From: Octopus sinensis
Taxonomy: Eukaryota
Reading direction: 5' to 3'
DNA: 64,000 nucleotides
NCBI RefSeq assembly: GCF_006345805.1
Contig: NC_043003.1
Coordinates: forward strand, 4,960,001-5,024,000
Shown here: positions 12,845 to 26,655 of the stretch, one piece after another
Layout: every line of letters starts with the position of its first letter
Position numbering within the stretch: the first letter of the stretch is position 1
Program-made: the position numbers and the translations under genes
The notes under the pieces: generated by a model
What the model was told of the DNA's origin: nothing
The model's database searches: none
Seen by the model: only the letters and a program-made list of their open reading frames with translations

Positions 12845-13182
12845 GTATGTATCTAAGTATATATACATATATATATGTATATACACATATATATATATAT
12901 ATGTATATATATATGTATCTAAGTATATATACATATATGTAAATATACATACATATGTATATATATACATATATGTAAATATACATACATATGTATATAT
13001 ATACATACATAGATATATATATATATATACATATATATGTATATATATACATACATACATATATATATACATATATATGTATATATATACATACATACAT
13101 ATATATATACATATATATGTATATATACATACATATATATACATATATATGTACATATATACATACATATATATACATATAT

Positions 13183-13213
<31 letters not shown>

Positions 13214-13264
13214 TATATGTACATATATACATACATACATATATACATATGTATATATACATAC

Positions 13265-13301
<37 letters not shown>

Positions 13302-13680
13302 TATATACATACATACATATATATATACATATATATATATATACATACTATATATATATATATACATATATATATACATACATACATACATATATATATA
13401 TACATATATATATATACATACATACATATATATGTATACATATACATACATACATATGTATATATATATACATATATATATGTATATATATACATACATA
13501 TATACATATGTATATATATATATATACATACATATATACGTATGTATATACATACATATATATGTATATATATACATACATATATATGTATATATATACA
13601 TAAATACATATATATGTATATATATGCATACATTCATACTACATGCATACCTATGTGTGTGTGTGTGTGTGTATATACGT
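12530..13680. repeat. Compound (TACA)n/(TA)n/(TG)n microsatellite field
   Basis: Direct inspection. Confidence 0.95.
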
Positions 13681-14379
13681 GCAACCACCCCGCACCCAAA
13701 AATATTTCTATACATTCATTTGTGTCTATACATTCGTGTATACGACTATATATATGTATAGGTATTCTTGTATAGACTAATATACCTACGAACAATGATG
13801 TATTTGCGTGTAGGCGATGCATGGATGGGTTGGTGCTTGTATGGTATTGAGAGTTTAAACGAGATTTTCACAGATCCTTCAGGAACTGGGGTGGGGGAGC
13901 TTGTCTACGAGATTCTATAGAATTCGCCAATTAAATTCCAATATCGGAGACTCGTTGCATTTAAATCACTACGTAACGAAATTTAATTCAATCCTTATGT
14001 AATTATCAGTCCGTCCATTACTGTAACTTATATACGTAACGTGGACGTATATAAGTCTGAAAAATAAATAAATAGATATCTATCTATCTAGCTAGCTATG
14101 TATTTGTCAATCTGTCTTTGTCTCTGTTGCTCTATCCATCTGTTTGTTTGCCTGTCCATCTACCTACATACCTATCTATCTATGTAATATACCCCTCGAT
14201 CTATATTTCTGTCGCTCTATCAAATGTATAGAAGGAGTAATAATCCAAGATGTGGCTACGTGAGACACATCTACATGTTTTAGCAATCAAATGTATGCAT
14301 TTTGGTGTTTTATTCTAAAGGAATTATACGCAGCATTTGAAAATTCTGCTAAATTCTATTTGCAAAGTAATTACATACC

Positions 14380-15156
14380 GAAATAAAAGACTGGAAATTT
14401 GGTATATCCTAAAAGTGGCGAGAAGTCTTTTCTGGAGAGAGTACTATTGGAAATTGAGAAATGTCTGCATCAGTCTCATGAAAAGGAGAGAGCAAATAAA
14501 GAAGCTTGGGTTATAGAAAATATCAAGTCAAACCCTGAAGCTTTCTTTAAGTTTGCCAAAGAAACAGCCTCAATACGCCACATGATAGGACTCCACGTCC
14601 AGAAGATGGCTCCCTTACAGGAAACCCTATATGGATAAGTGAAATACTGAACGTGCAGATCATTACACCGCTGGGACACGGACAGGTGAACGAACCAGCA
14701 GAATTCTTTACCATTTTACCTGTAATCGAAGAGGCAAAAATTGAGTACATGAACATTGAAGGTGTAACACTGGCCATAGATGAAGTCGACACAAACTCAG
14801 CTGCTGGCCCCGATAGATATCCAATGATCCTTCTCAAATCATGCAAGCGAGCCCTTGAAAAACCATTGCAGCTTCTTTTTCAGAGCTCCCTTGGAAGCGG
14901 TAAGCTCCCAGACAGACTGAAGGAAGGGATAATATGCCCTTTCTATAATGGAGGAATCAGAGCAGACGCTAAAAATTATAGGCGGAAAACTTGAAAGAGT
15001 GGCTGCATGACTTTCTAAAAGAAAGACGTCAGGCAGTGGTGCCAGTGAAGCCACCTCTACGGAAGCACAAATAGCAAGTGGAGTTCCACTATCTTGGGGC
15101 CACTGCTATTGATAGTGGTCCTCTCAGACAAGCTCTCAGCTGCTCAGATAGCCACA

Positions 15157-15192
<36 letters not shown>

Positions 15193-16182
15193 CGATGGGC
15201 TTCTTTCAGTTTCCGTCTACATAATCCACTCACAAGGCTTTGATCGACCCTATGCAGATAGCACAAAAGCCTCTCAGACAATACAAAATCCTGGAAATCT
15301 GCACGTCTACAACGGTCGTTGGATGCAATACAGAGGTGGACTAAGTACAACAAATCGCAGTTTAATGCAGGAAAATTCCAGACCCTCCGCTACCAGCACA
15401 CAAAGCTAAACGACATGCAGACAGGATACACAGGCCCAGGAGAAACTGAAATCCTCGAATCAAAATCAGTGCATGACCTGGGCATTGACATGAGGAATGA
15501 TTCATCTTTCCAATTACATATTGCCAATTTGGTAATAAAATGCAGACGGCTGGCTCCTCTGAAATTTCAAAACGAGTGAAAAGGAGATATTAATGATCCT
15601 TTGGAGAATATATTTCCTCAGCCGCTTGGACCACTGCTCCCAGCTATGGTCATCACACAATATAAAATTGACGGTGGAAATCGAAGCAATCCAATGAAGC
15701 TACACTAAGAAAATCGTCTCGATGCAACATGGTAAAGACTTAAAGACTTAAAACTCTGCTCGTTGGAACGACGGCGGGAGAGATATGCAGTGATATACAT
15801 CTGGAAAATCCTACAAGGCCATGTACCAAACTTTGGCATTGAAAGTTATTCAAACTGCAGAACGGGGCGCCACTGCCTAGTGCCAAGGATCCCAGCATCG
15901 CCATCAAAATACAGAACCAGATACTGCAACAGCTTGGACTTCAAGGTCTTACAGCTCTTCAATATCCTTCCAAAATGCTTGAGAGACCTGCGTGGTGTGG
16001 ATGTGTCTGTAAAACAACACTGTCAAGTGTTCCAGATGAGCAGGAAACACAGATGAGGGTAGCGGCAGCAAACTCCCTTATTGACCAAATGCCACATATC
16101 AGAGGAGGTTTCAAATAATGGTGTATCTCATTCAACAGTGGTGCTCCAGTATGACCGCAGCTTTGCAACTGAAACATTAAAA
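14380..16182 (+). mobile_element. Decayed CR1-group LINE with internal deletion
   Basis: NIKSNPEAFFKFAK, SAAGPD, KNYR joined directly to the WLHDFLKERRQ region, QFNAGKFQ, ERRRERY, LFNILPK; 3' tail ggtgctccagtatgaccgcag...ctgaaac. Confidence 0.9.
15158..15250 (-). mobile_element. SINE family 2 internal fragment inside the LINE
   Basis: acgatgggcttctttcagtttccgtctac...ccactcacaaggctttg matches 27630-27690 inverted. Confidence 0.75.
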
Positions 16183-16231
16183 AAATTTTTAAGATTTATC
16201 GATTTTACATATATATATGTGTATACATACA

Positions 16232-16472
16232 GGCGCGTGGCCTACTGGTTATGGCATTCGGCTCACCAATGTAAGGTTGGGAATTCAATTTCCGGCGATG
16301 CGTTGTGTTCTTGAGCAAGACACTTTATTTCACGTTGCTCCAGTCCATGCAGCTGGCAAAAATCATTAGTACCTGTATTTCAAAGGGCCAGCCTTGTCAC
16401 ACTCTGTGTCAGGCTGATTTGCTTGAGGACTACCTTAAGGGTGCATGTGTCTGTGGAGTGCTCAGCCACTTC
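16232..16472 (+). mobile_element. SINE with CORE-like centre and tail type X
   Basis: A box tggcctactgg; cttgagcaagacactttatttcac; tail cctgtatttcaaagggccagccttgtcac...gtctgtggagtgctcagccactt shared with 46006-46105. Confidence 0.8.
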
Positions 16473-16599
16473 CCAATCAGTCATTTCACTCTCGGGACAC
16501 CAGCCCTTTTCCTTTCCTCGCGATAGCCAGCTCTATTTAAAACATCAGACCCTCTCTACAAAAAGGCAGAGACCCACCACTCTTTTCTAAATCTCGATT

Positions 16600-17050
16600 T
16601 TATATTCGTGAAATTTTTTCATCCTCATGTAACAAGTTTCAATCTGAGCATTCTCTCAACGTTTTGTGGAACTGTTGGAGTGTTAAACAGTGTAGAAAAC
16701 TCCGTCAGCATATCAGAGTCAGTTTCTCTTTCCATGACTGCTTTCTCTGCAAGTAAGTGAGAAGACTGATGTTAGAAAACCTTGCTCAATATCACATCAC
16801 TTTATCAACTCAGCGGCTACAATTTCTCGTTGGTTTGACCAGCACAAATATCATATTCGGTATGTACAACATCTGTAAACACTGACTTCACCACACTAAA
16901 ACATGGCCGTCAGCTATTTTCGTTGGAATACTTCAAACAACATTGTCTGGCAATGAAGTATAATAACAATGTTTGTTAGGCATCAACACACTGGAATTTA
17001 GAGAAGATATTCCTTGGACCGTTTGTCTAAAATATCAAGTGTTTACATGG
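16600..17050 (-). mobile_element. Possible decayed hAT transposase C-terminus
   Basis: Minus-strand PTVPQNVERMLRLKLV resembles the hAT dimerisation motif; otherwise broken. Confidence 0.25.
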
Positions 17051-17149
17051 AAACCCAGTATTAATCAAGATGCTACGTGACTTCATTCAATTCGCAGTAA
17101 ATAGACTTTTCTAAACACCATTGTTCATTGTTGCGTTAACTCCATACAT

Positions 17150-17183
17150 TTATGTGTGCGTATATATATATATATATACATAC

Positions 17184-17228
<45 letters not shown>

Positions 17229-17667
17229 CATGTATACATATATATATATATTTATATATATACATGTATACATATATATATATATTTATATATATACATG
17301 TATATATATAATATATATATATATATACATGTATACATATATATATATACATGTATACATATATATATATACATGTATACATATATATATATATACATGT
17401 ATACATATATATATACATACATGTATACATATATATATATGTATATATGTATACATATGTATATATATTTATATATATACATGTATACATATATATATGT
17501 ATACATGTATACATATGTATATATATATTTATATATATACATGTATACATATATATATATTTATATATATATACATGTATACATAAATATATATGTATAC
17601 ATATGTATATATGTATACATATGTATATTTATGTATGTATATATATATATATGTATGTATACATATG

Positions 17668-17701
<34 letters not shown>

Positions 17702-17863
17702 ATATATATATACATGTATACATATATATATATATATATATATAATATATATATATAATATATATATATATATACGTATGTGTGTATGAATATATGCGTG
17801 TGTGTACATGTGAGTGAATACAGGTGAATAAATGTATGTATAGCTGTCACTAGACATGCATGC

Positions 17864-17900
<37 letters not shown>

Positions 17901-18045
17901 ACCCCCGATGTATACGTTATGTATACATACACTCACAAGCACACACACACACACACACACATGCTCATATATATTTACAGGTGTGTGCAAGGATATATAC
18001 ATGCTTACGCATATACATATCTACATGTATACACACACACACATG
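17150..18045. repeat. Compound (TA)n/ACATGTAT microsatellite
   Basis: Direct inspection. Confidence 0.95.
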
Positions 18046-18539
18046 TACAGAATCGCGCGTGCGCACACGTACGTACCCATATGTATGTACATCAGGTCAG
18101 GTTTTCTAGTTTACTTTTCTAAAATCTAACCGAAGTCAAATTTACTAAGAATTTAACGACATATTAAAACGAACGAATATATTTTAATTCAACACGCGCA
18201 TAACTTAATTAAGTCAATTTATCATAAGTAAAAGAAAGCATTTTAATTATTTTGGTCGTTGCGCCTACAAGACGGACCAAGGGATCATACAGTTTCCCAG
18301 TCGTATAAAAGGCTAGGGATACAGATGTCGTTTAAATTACGTTTAGAATACGGCAACAGGTCCTTACGAGAAAAATAAGAGGAAGAAAGTGATTCTGTGT
18401 CTGCCCTTCCGGTAATATTTTCTGAATCTATCATCTATGTAAAATTGATCGGTTACTAACCTAGAAACAAGGTCTTTTCATTGGGATCCAGACTCCATCA
18501 GCTTGGTAACCATACATCTGCATGAATATGGTTTTGAGA

Positions 18540-18725
18540 TTTCGCACCAGACCAGCAATTCCAATGGAGGGGTTAAGCCGAAAGCATCGACCTCCAGTGC
18601 TCAAATGGGATATATTTTATCAACACCGAAAAAATAAAAGCTACTTCCAACTCGATTGTAAAGTGCCGGAGTAAATACCGCTAATCATTTTGTCCGACGG
18701 TTTATGGATTGTGCCAGCACGCTCC
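18540..18725 (-). mobile_element. SINE family 1 (decayed)
   Basis: catcgacctccagtgctcaaatggga...ttttatcaacaccgaaa...aaataccgctaatcattttgtccgacg...tgccagc. Confidence 0.65.
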
Positions 18726-18751
18726 CTTATACATGTAATTATGTATTATTT

Positions 18752-19014
18752 TATTCCTTTATTTGTTTCAGTCATTTGACAGCGGCCATGCTGGAGCACC
18801 ACCTTGAAGGATTTACTGGGGTAGAAAACATCTACCCCAGGACTTATATTTTAAACCCAGAACTTATTCTATCGGTCTCTTTTGCCGGACCGTTAATTTA
18901 CGGAAATGTAGACACAACACCAGTTGTCAGATAGTGATGGGAGTGTACACAGACACAGTCTCAAAGACACACCTACACACACACGCCTGACACACACACA
19001 TCCACATGTATATT

Positions 19015-19056
<42 letters not shown>

Positions 19057-19200
19057 CACGATAGGCTTCTTTCAGTTTCCGTCTACCAAATCAACTCACA
19101 ATGCTATAATAGAATATACTTGCCCAAGATGCCACGCACTGGGACCGAATCCGGAACCATGTGTTTGGGAAGCAAGCTTCTTACCACACGACCATGCTCG
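18752..19200 (-). mobile_element. SINE family 2
   Basis: Inverted match to 27525-27948, including the central microsatellite and tail. Confidence 0.85.
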
Positions 19201-20299
19201 GCCATGTATGTATATATGTATGCCTAATGCATGAATGTACTTATATGTGTGTGCATGGTGCTATGCATATATTCATGAAAGCATACGGGCATCAACGAAT
19301 GCATGTATGTGTATGTATTTTCTCGATTTATGCTTGCGAATTTGTCACCAAATGGCAAATAATCAGTCTCCCGCCTAGAAACAAATCTACGTCATTAGAA
19401 TTTCCCAAGTTAGTCTTCTGTTTACTTTGGAATATATTTTAAGATTTATTTCTTTGCAGAATTCAAAATGTAGACTCTAACAAGGGTGAGGACAGCTCAA
19501 GGAGTTTGAGTCAACCTGGATTGATTGATGCATGCACGTATACTTGTGTACGTGTGTACGTGTGTACGTGCAGATAAAGTTGCCCGCTAGGGGGTGCGTG
19601 TCTCAACGGAATACAAGTTTGTGTTTCATCACTATTTATCTGCAAAAGTTGAAAGTATATTTAATTGAGTGTCAATATGTCTTCGCTAGAACACTCAAAT
19701 CGAGAAGCCCTACAATATTTTACAAATCCTGTTTCGCTGATCGCTGAAGAATACGAATTAGTCTGTTCTGTTTCATTTTAGAGAACCAAAGCATGGCTAC
19801 AGTTTCATGCAGATCTCTTGTTGTGTAACCCAATGCACCTACAATAACATAAAGAAATGAAAATTGAAAATCTAAACCCTTGGCATAATATCTGTAGGCT
19901 TCTCATCATTTTTCCATAGATGAGCATTTATCCAATTTTTGATGAGATATTCACATCCACTGAGCATCTGATCTCTAAAACGGTGCACAACTCCTGCTTC
20001 TTCACCCCAACCCACCTTTCTTAGCTTGCATTTTGTACTTTTACTGGGTTGCTGCTTTTATTAAAATGTTCCACCTTTCTTTAAATTTAGTAGTGTCGTG
20101 GTTCCTCTGTTATAGTCTTCAGAGCAATTCTTCTCCAGCATTGCATTGTAAACCCTCTTGCAGACAATGCCATATCTCTGCAGTGAACAGATCGTGAACT
20201 GCGTATGGAAGCATGAATATATGGATGTGTGTGCGTATGAAAGCATGCATTTATTAATGTATGTTTATATGCATGTGTATCCGTTTCCACTTATGTACT

Positions 20300-20530
20300 T
20301 ATTTCTTTACTGCACAGAAGGGGCTACACACAGAGGGGACAAACCAGGACAGACAAACGGATTAAGTCGATTATATTGATCCCAGTGCATAACTGGTACT
20401 TATTTAATCGACCCCGAAAAGATGAAAGGCAAAGTCAACGTCGGCGGAATTTGAGCTCAGAACGTAACGGCAGACGAAATGCCGCTAGACATTTCGCCCG
20501 GCGTGCTAACGTTTCTGCCAGCTCGCCGCC
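20300..20530 (-). mobile_element. SINE family 1, full length
   Basis: Inverted match to 6790-7005. Confidence 0.9.
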
Positions 20531-21836
20531 TTACATAACTGTGGACATAACTTCATGTCCACATCTACACATCCGGATGTGCATGTGCCCAGGTAGACAT
20601 GGCTGCACACATAATTGCCATTCAATAAATATGTCTAATTAAATCCAAATCTCCTTGACTGCCTTACACTGGGCTTTTGATAGCTTTTAAGTGTTACCTT
20701 TTGATTATGACGTGTTATAGATGTATGTTATCCATGAATGAGAGAAGATCGGGATGGTCATGGTAGGAAATATGGTTGACTAAATAGCAAAAGCAACATC
20801 ACACGATCTGGTTTTACGTTGGTTTTTCGTATTTCAATCGTGTAGTTCATTGGCCAAACCATCGCTAGTTTTCTATGATTCAAGAAATGTAATTATCATT
20901 TTACAAGTAGTACAATTCGAGATTTAAACGAGATTCTAGAAGTTCACTGTTACTGTGTAGTAATGTGGTCTACATGTTAAAAAAAACAAGAAAGTATTTG
21001 TGCTTAAGTTTATTTGCAATTGCCGGGACCGTGTTTTGTGTACATAATCTTGGGGGAGAGTCTTCTACAACAGCTCCTATTCGGCAAAGTTTAACATAAA
21101 ATGAATTCATGCTTGTTTTATACCCTACAAAGGTAGGCACTACATCGCCTATTTTAACCGATAGCCTATTGGTTGTTTTTATCCGCACTGACTGTGTTTC
21201 AAGAATTCAGACCGAAACCATACACCGAAGGAAGCAAGGTATCTATCTCACTTTCTCCAAGAATTTTGATTGAACCAAACAATAACCATAAAAGCTGTAC
21301 CCACCCACGCCCTAAGATATAAAAAGAAAAAAAGCCGTGATTTAAATAAATGGATTTTAGCAGAGACTTTACTAAACAACACGCCGTATTCTTGAAAACT
21401 ATACTGATAACATTTTATACTAGAATTTTATCATTTACTCTTTACTTCTCGCCGAAAAGAAAAATTGCAGAGAGAAATAAAATCTACATGGTGAAGATTT
21501 TGATTCATAGCAGAATTCAGATAAATTTATTGTCGATAAATAACATATTTCTAACATTATTGCGACCATGTTCAGCTGAGTATTTTATTAAACCCAACTA
21601 ACAGAGACATTCAGCTGTTCACAATTTTCTTCCGAGTTTTCTTCTTCCTCGCCTTTTCTGTATTTTTCTCCATTTTGGCAGCACCAATATAAATAACGAT
21701 TTGACATCATAATTCCACATCGATCATTTCTAATGGAGATGCAAATATGTAGTGTTTCATTGGAATAAGTTTATGTTGGCGGTATATGTCTTGTTTATCA
21801 TTGCGCTGACACACATACATTCATTCCGTGAATTCT

Positions 21837-21839
<3 letters not shown>

Positions 21840-21879
<40 letters not shown>

Positions 21880-21989
21880 CACGTATATATACAAATATAA
21901 CATACCATACATACATGTGTATGCATGTATATATATATATATATATTATATATATATAGACACGTATATATACAAATATAATATACCAT

Positions 21990-22029
<40 letters not shown>

Positions 22030-22185
22030 ACGTATATATACAAATATAATATACCATACATACATGTGTATATATATTTATAAACACGTATATATACAAA
22101 TATAATATACCATACATACATGTGTATATATATATATATATATAAACACAACGTATATATACAAATATAATATACCATACATACA

Positions 22186-22221
<36 letters not shown>

Positions 22222-22286
22222 CACGTATATATACAAATATAATATACCATACATACATGTGTGTATATATATATATATATATATAA
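21840..22286. repeat. Minisatellite: cacgtatatatacaaatataatataccatacatacatgt units separated by (AT)n
   Basis: About 6 units; a further unit at about 23109-23150. Confidence 0.85.
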
Positions 22287-22497
22287 TGTGAAATAGAAAG
22301 ATGAATAATCTTGTAGTGGATAATCAAAAGTTTAACCGATACCTTAGTAGCAAAAATCACAGCAGTGAACAGCACGGTTGGAGGTACAACCATCTGGCGT
22401 TGCAACCGTGCGTTGGTGCGGATAATTGAAATTAAAACATATTGGTGAATTGAAGAAATGGAGCTGAACGCAGATTGAACAGAAATCGTTTATTTCA

Positions 22498-22577
22498 TTC
22501 TACACGTGTTTCGAAAGGCACAAATTACCAAAATCCGATTGAATAATGGGACCATATTGTGTCTTTCTCTTCAGGAA
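22498..22577 (-). ncRNA. Type I hammerhead ribozyme (mirror copy)
   Basis: Reverse complement of 22741-22820. Confidence 0.8.
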
Positions 22578-22740
22578 GAAAAAAGGAAATCCGTTGGAAA
22601 AACAAAAACAGAACAGAGGCAGAGCAAAAAACAAATCGAACTGTGCTCCTAAGAGCCCATGGCTCTTAGGAGCACAGTTCGATTTGTTTTTTGCTCTGCC
22701 TCTGTTCTGTTTTTGTTTTTCCAACGGATTTCCTTTTTTC

Positions 22741-22820
22741 TTCCTGAAGAGAAAGACACAATATGGTCCCATTATTCAATCGGATTTTGGTAATTTGTGC
22801 CTTTCGAAACACGTGTAGAA
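22741..22820 (+). ncRNA. Type I hammerhead ribozyme with long stem II
   Basis: ttc CTGAAGA gaaagacacaa...ttgtgcctttc GAAA cacgtg TA gaa; AATAAA at 22824. Confidence 0.8.
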
Positions 22821-22902
22821 TGAAATAAAACGATTTCTGTTCAATCTGCGTTCAGCTCCATTTCTTCAATTCACCAATAATATATATATATATATGTATA
22901 TT

Positions 22903-23050
22903 TGAGTAGTTGAATGAATTATCTTATCAAGGGTAATTCGGTTAACCGATACCTGGGTAGCAAATTCACGTCAGAAAAACACGGTTGAAGCTACATGCCT
23001 AGGGCAGAGATCACATCCTTTCATGTGGGAATTTGTGTGTTTTTTATCTG
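22903..23050 (-). mobile_element. Solo terminal extension of the foldback family
   Basis: ttaaccgatacctgggtagcaaattcac shared with 41945-42095 and 22330-22360; orientation inferred from the HHR strand in relatives. Confidence 0.7.
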
Positions 23051-23051
23051 C

Positions 23052-23111
<60 letters not shown>

Positions 23112-23137
23112 GTATATATACAAATATAATATAACAT

Positions 23138-23168
<31 letters not shown>

Positions 23169-23452
23169 ATACTATATACATATTCGAGGAGATGAGGGTG
23201 TTCGTTAAAGACACCTTTCGGGGCGGAGCACGGAGAAAGTAGGGGGAGACAGAAAATAGGAGAGAACTGAATGAGGAAGATGATAAAGGAGGAGGAGGAC
23301 AAGGAAGAAGAAGAAGAAGAAGAAGAAGAGAATGAAGACATTGATGACAAGGATAGTGATAAGACCGACAAAAAATAGAAATGTTATTGAGAAAACGGTC
23401 TAAATACAAAATTCTGTTAAAAATATATTCTATCTATGAGTGTGTGTGTATA

Positions 23453-23487
<35 letters not shown>

Positions 23488-23636
23488 ATGTATATACACA
23501 TATACATACGTGTATATGTGTGTGTGTGGAGGGGACAGTGATCAAAATGGATGATATTCGTTGCACATATAATATATTGCCAACTATTCCAAGGTTAAGT
23601 ATATACAAGCAGTCTAACAATACAGTAACTAGTGTA

Positions 23637-23702
<66 letters not shown>

Positions 23703-23786
23703 ATATGTATGCATGTTTGTGTGTGTGTATATATATGTGTATGTGTGCGTGTCAGTGTGTGTGCGCATATGTACCTGCGTCTGCGA

Positions 23787-23817
<31 letters not shown>

Positions 23818-24073
23818 CACAAATACATACACACGTACAAAAACGAATGTCTCACCTCTTTCTGGCTTTATATATGTATAAAATAATAATAATAATAATA
23901 ATGAGCATAGTGATAAGAATATCTAAATGGCAAATATACAGCAAAATCCGACATTTGATATTGCTTCGCTATATCCTCATCTATTTTCAAAAACATTATC
24001 CGGTGAAAGATATATATATATATATATATATATACATCACTACAGGCATACATAATGTAGACGTGTATACAAT

Positions 24074-24115
<42 letters not shown>

Positions 24116-24497
24116 TGAATTTTTTATGTTAGTTTTACTATTTTTTTTCTAATTCTTTGTTTCGAAGGTTTTTCTTCCACAATTTCCACCTCCCTAACTT
24201 CTGTCTATACGAACGTCAATTAATCCTCATGCTATTGTAATCCAATGGGAAATTTCTTCCCAATGGCAACTGTCCAAGACATTGGAAGCATTGTCCGTTT
24301 TTACAACATTATTAGCTTGTCACTAGACTTTGACAACGCTATTCTAGAGATTTCAATAGAAAATTATTCAGGAATGACCAGCTAACTCCTCAGTTTTCCA
24401 TCTACAGGAAAACAAGCAAGCTTTCTCGGCGTATTAAAAACCGTATCCTATAATCGATCTATCATTTTTACAATTAACTGCTTAAGAAAATACAATG

Positions 24498-24528
<31 letters not shown>

Positions 24529-25059
24529 TGATAATAGTCTTTTTTTCTTTATTCGCCGCAAGGACTCGAAGCAAGGAACTTTTAATGGGGGTTAAAATGT
24601 AAACTAGGAGTGCGTAATAAAACACACCTTTATAAATTTAGAAAATGACGTTACGCAACATAAGGTAAACGTATAAAGTATTTGGAAAATGCGTGCACAC
24701 ATACACATATATATATATAAATTTATCTCCACACTACATCTACCAACTTGTATATATTTGCGAACATGACCCTATATATAGATACATATTCGTTGACTTT
24801 TGCATACACACTTCACTGCTTTGGAATAAATAAAAAATTACCATAAAATATACAATAATTATAATTTAAGTAAAAGTGAAAGCCATATAACGACGGATCC
24901 TCAGGTGTGATTTCGAGAACAATATCGTCCCAGCTTGAAAGGTAATATGGCAACGCAGACAAGCAACTCGTTCAATAAAGAAACGAAAATCTACCGGAGT
25001 ACTTTTTGTCCGAAGCTCCAACAATTTTACCAGCTCGACGCCTTAATAATCTGTTCTTC

Positions 25060-25260
25060 TCTAGACACAAGACCTGAAATTTGGCGGAAGAGGATGATCG
25101 ATAACATCGACCCCAGTACTCAGTTAGTACCTTTTTTTTCGTCCCCGAAAGGATGAGAGGCAAAGTCAACTGCTGCGGAATTTGAGTTCAGTAGATGAAG
25201 AAGCAAGAAATAAAGCCAAGCATTTCGCCCGGCGTGCTAACGATGCCACCAGCTTGTCGC
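25060..25260 (-). mobile_element. SINE family 1
   Basis: catcgaccccagtactca...ccccgaaaggatga...gcggaatttgagttcag...catttcgcccggcgtgctaacg. Confidence 0.85.
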
Positions 25261-25864
25261 TTTTGCCGCATTTTGCCGCTCCTTGTCACCGTAAAAACAT
25301 ATTTACTTTCTTTGCTATGATCTCCGTTTAGTCAGAGAAAGATGCAGTTTCTAAAGCAAGAAGGGATGAGCACATTCATTGGAGCGGGGTGCTACAGAAT
25401 CTTTAGTAAAACGACACATTAATTTGCAAGCAACACAGAAATAAATACATAAGAAATGAAAAGGAATTGACATAAATGAAAGCTAAGAAAGGTAGCCCAC
25501 CTTACGAGGGTGAAAAAGAACCATCCAGGTTGTTTTAAAGTAGGTCATGAAATTCCTGGCTTTGGAATCTGTAACTTCCGATATAACTGGAAGTATTATA
25601 TGTTGTTAGGTTAGACTGCTACCAGTGTCTGCCATTTAGGTCTTGTACAAAATCACGTTTTCTGTTTTCAAATGCTGCAGATGAAACATTAAAGCTTTCA
25701 ACGTTAAGGAATATGAACTTCATGCTGTATCAGAACGAATTCGCTTCCTCTTTACGCGTTTGGCTCATCTTTAGCCTGGACTAGCTTTTCGTTTCCTGTG
25801 TCTTCTTTTGAATTATCCAAAGAGCTCATCATTTTCCCGACCACCTTTCGCTCATCACCGCATA

Positions 25865-26655
25865 ACATAATTCCTCATCTCTTAAATATAGAACTGTATT
25901 AATTGAGACATCAAAACATTGTCCTCTGTAACATTTTGATTTCGGGAACCCGACCTTATCGTTATTCTCTCATCCATCCTTTAAAGAGCGAGTATCTGAT
26001 TTATATAATTATCTAATTATAGAAATATCTGATTTATAGAATCATGGTACTATTAGATCAACCCGCTTCGACTTACTGGTATTTAATTTTTGGCACCGAG
26101 GATCAGACAAATTCTCCGTTATTTTCTGAGTTGCGATCAGTGATTCTCTGACAGTAGATGCTTCTGGGATTTCCTGCCCAGTTTAACACTCTTCGTCGTA
26201 TGACTGCTTTTTTTACTTCACTGCATTTCATCCCTTCTGGACTCATCACGTGGTTCTTTTTGTCATTCACAGTAATTCAATTGCATCCTCTACGACATCC
26301 TTCAAACAGGTTTTCACCCTATAACTAAAATGCAATACATGAGCAGTGGTGGGGATCAGGACATATATTTCTCGAATTATTCCCCAAGACACCTAATGAA
26401 GGCTGGAGGTTATATCAGCCGAAACGTTGAGTTAACAACAAACAAGATGAGGACAAATATCCGTCAAATGTAAATAAAGTACATAATTCCTGATCTCTTA
26501 AATATAGAACTGTATTAATTGAGACATCAAACATTGTCCTCTGTAACATTTTGATTTCGGGAACCCGACCTTATCGTTATTCTCTCATCCATCCTTTAAA
26601 GAGCAAGTATCTGATTTATATAATTATCTAATTATAGAAATATCTGATTTATAGA
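25865..26655 (+). repeat. About 175-bp direct repeat (25865-26040 and 26481-26655)
   Basis: Near-identical copies beginning acataattcct. Confidence 0.9.
26380..26514 (+). mobile_element. 5'-truncated copy of the tRNA-HHR element
   Basis: Matches 46558-46688 inverted; HHR cac CTAATGA aggctg...cagcc GAAACGTT with a G5A core change. Confidence 0.85.

Larger units (their letters stand above)
22287..22879. mobile_element. 440-bp near-perfect palindrome with an HHR on both strands plus left extension
   Basis: Arms 22440-22657 and 22661-22879 (one indel, 3-nt loop); extension 22287-22439; flanked by (TA)n. Confidence 0.9.

Noticed and set aside
22500-22818. Two near-identical 90-aa ORFs on opposite strands
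   Set aside because: Forced by the palindrome; no recognisable domain
25700-26330. Possible decayed RTE-type LINE on the minus strand
   Set aside because: Motifs too degenerate to support by eye
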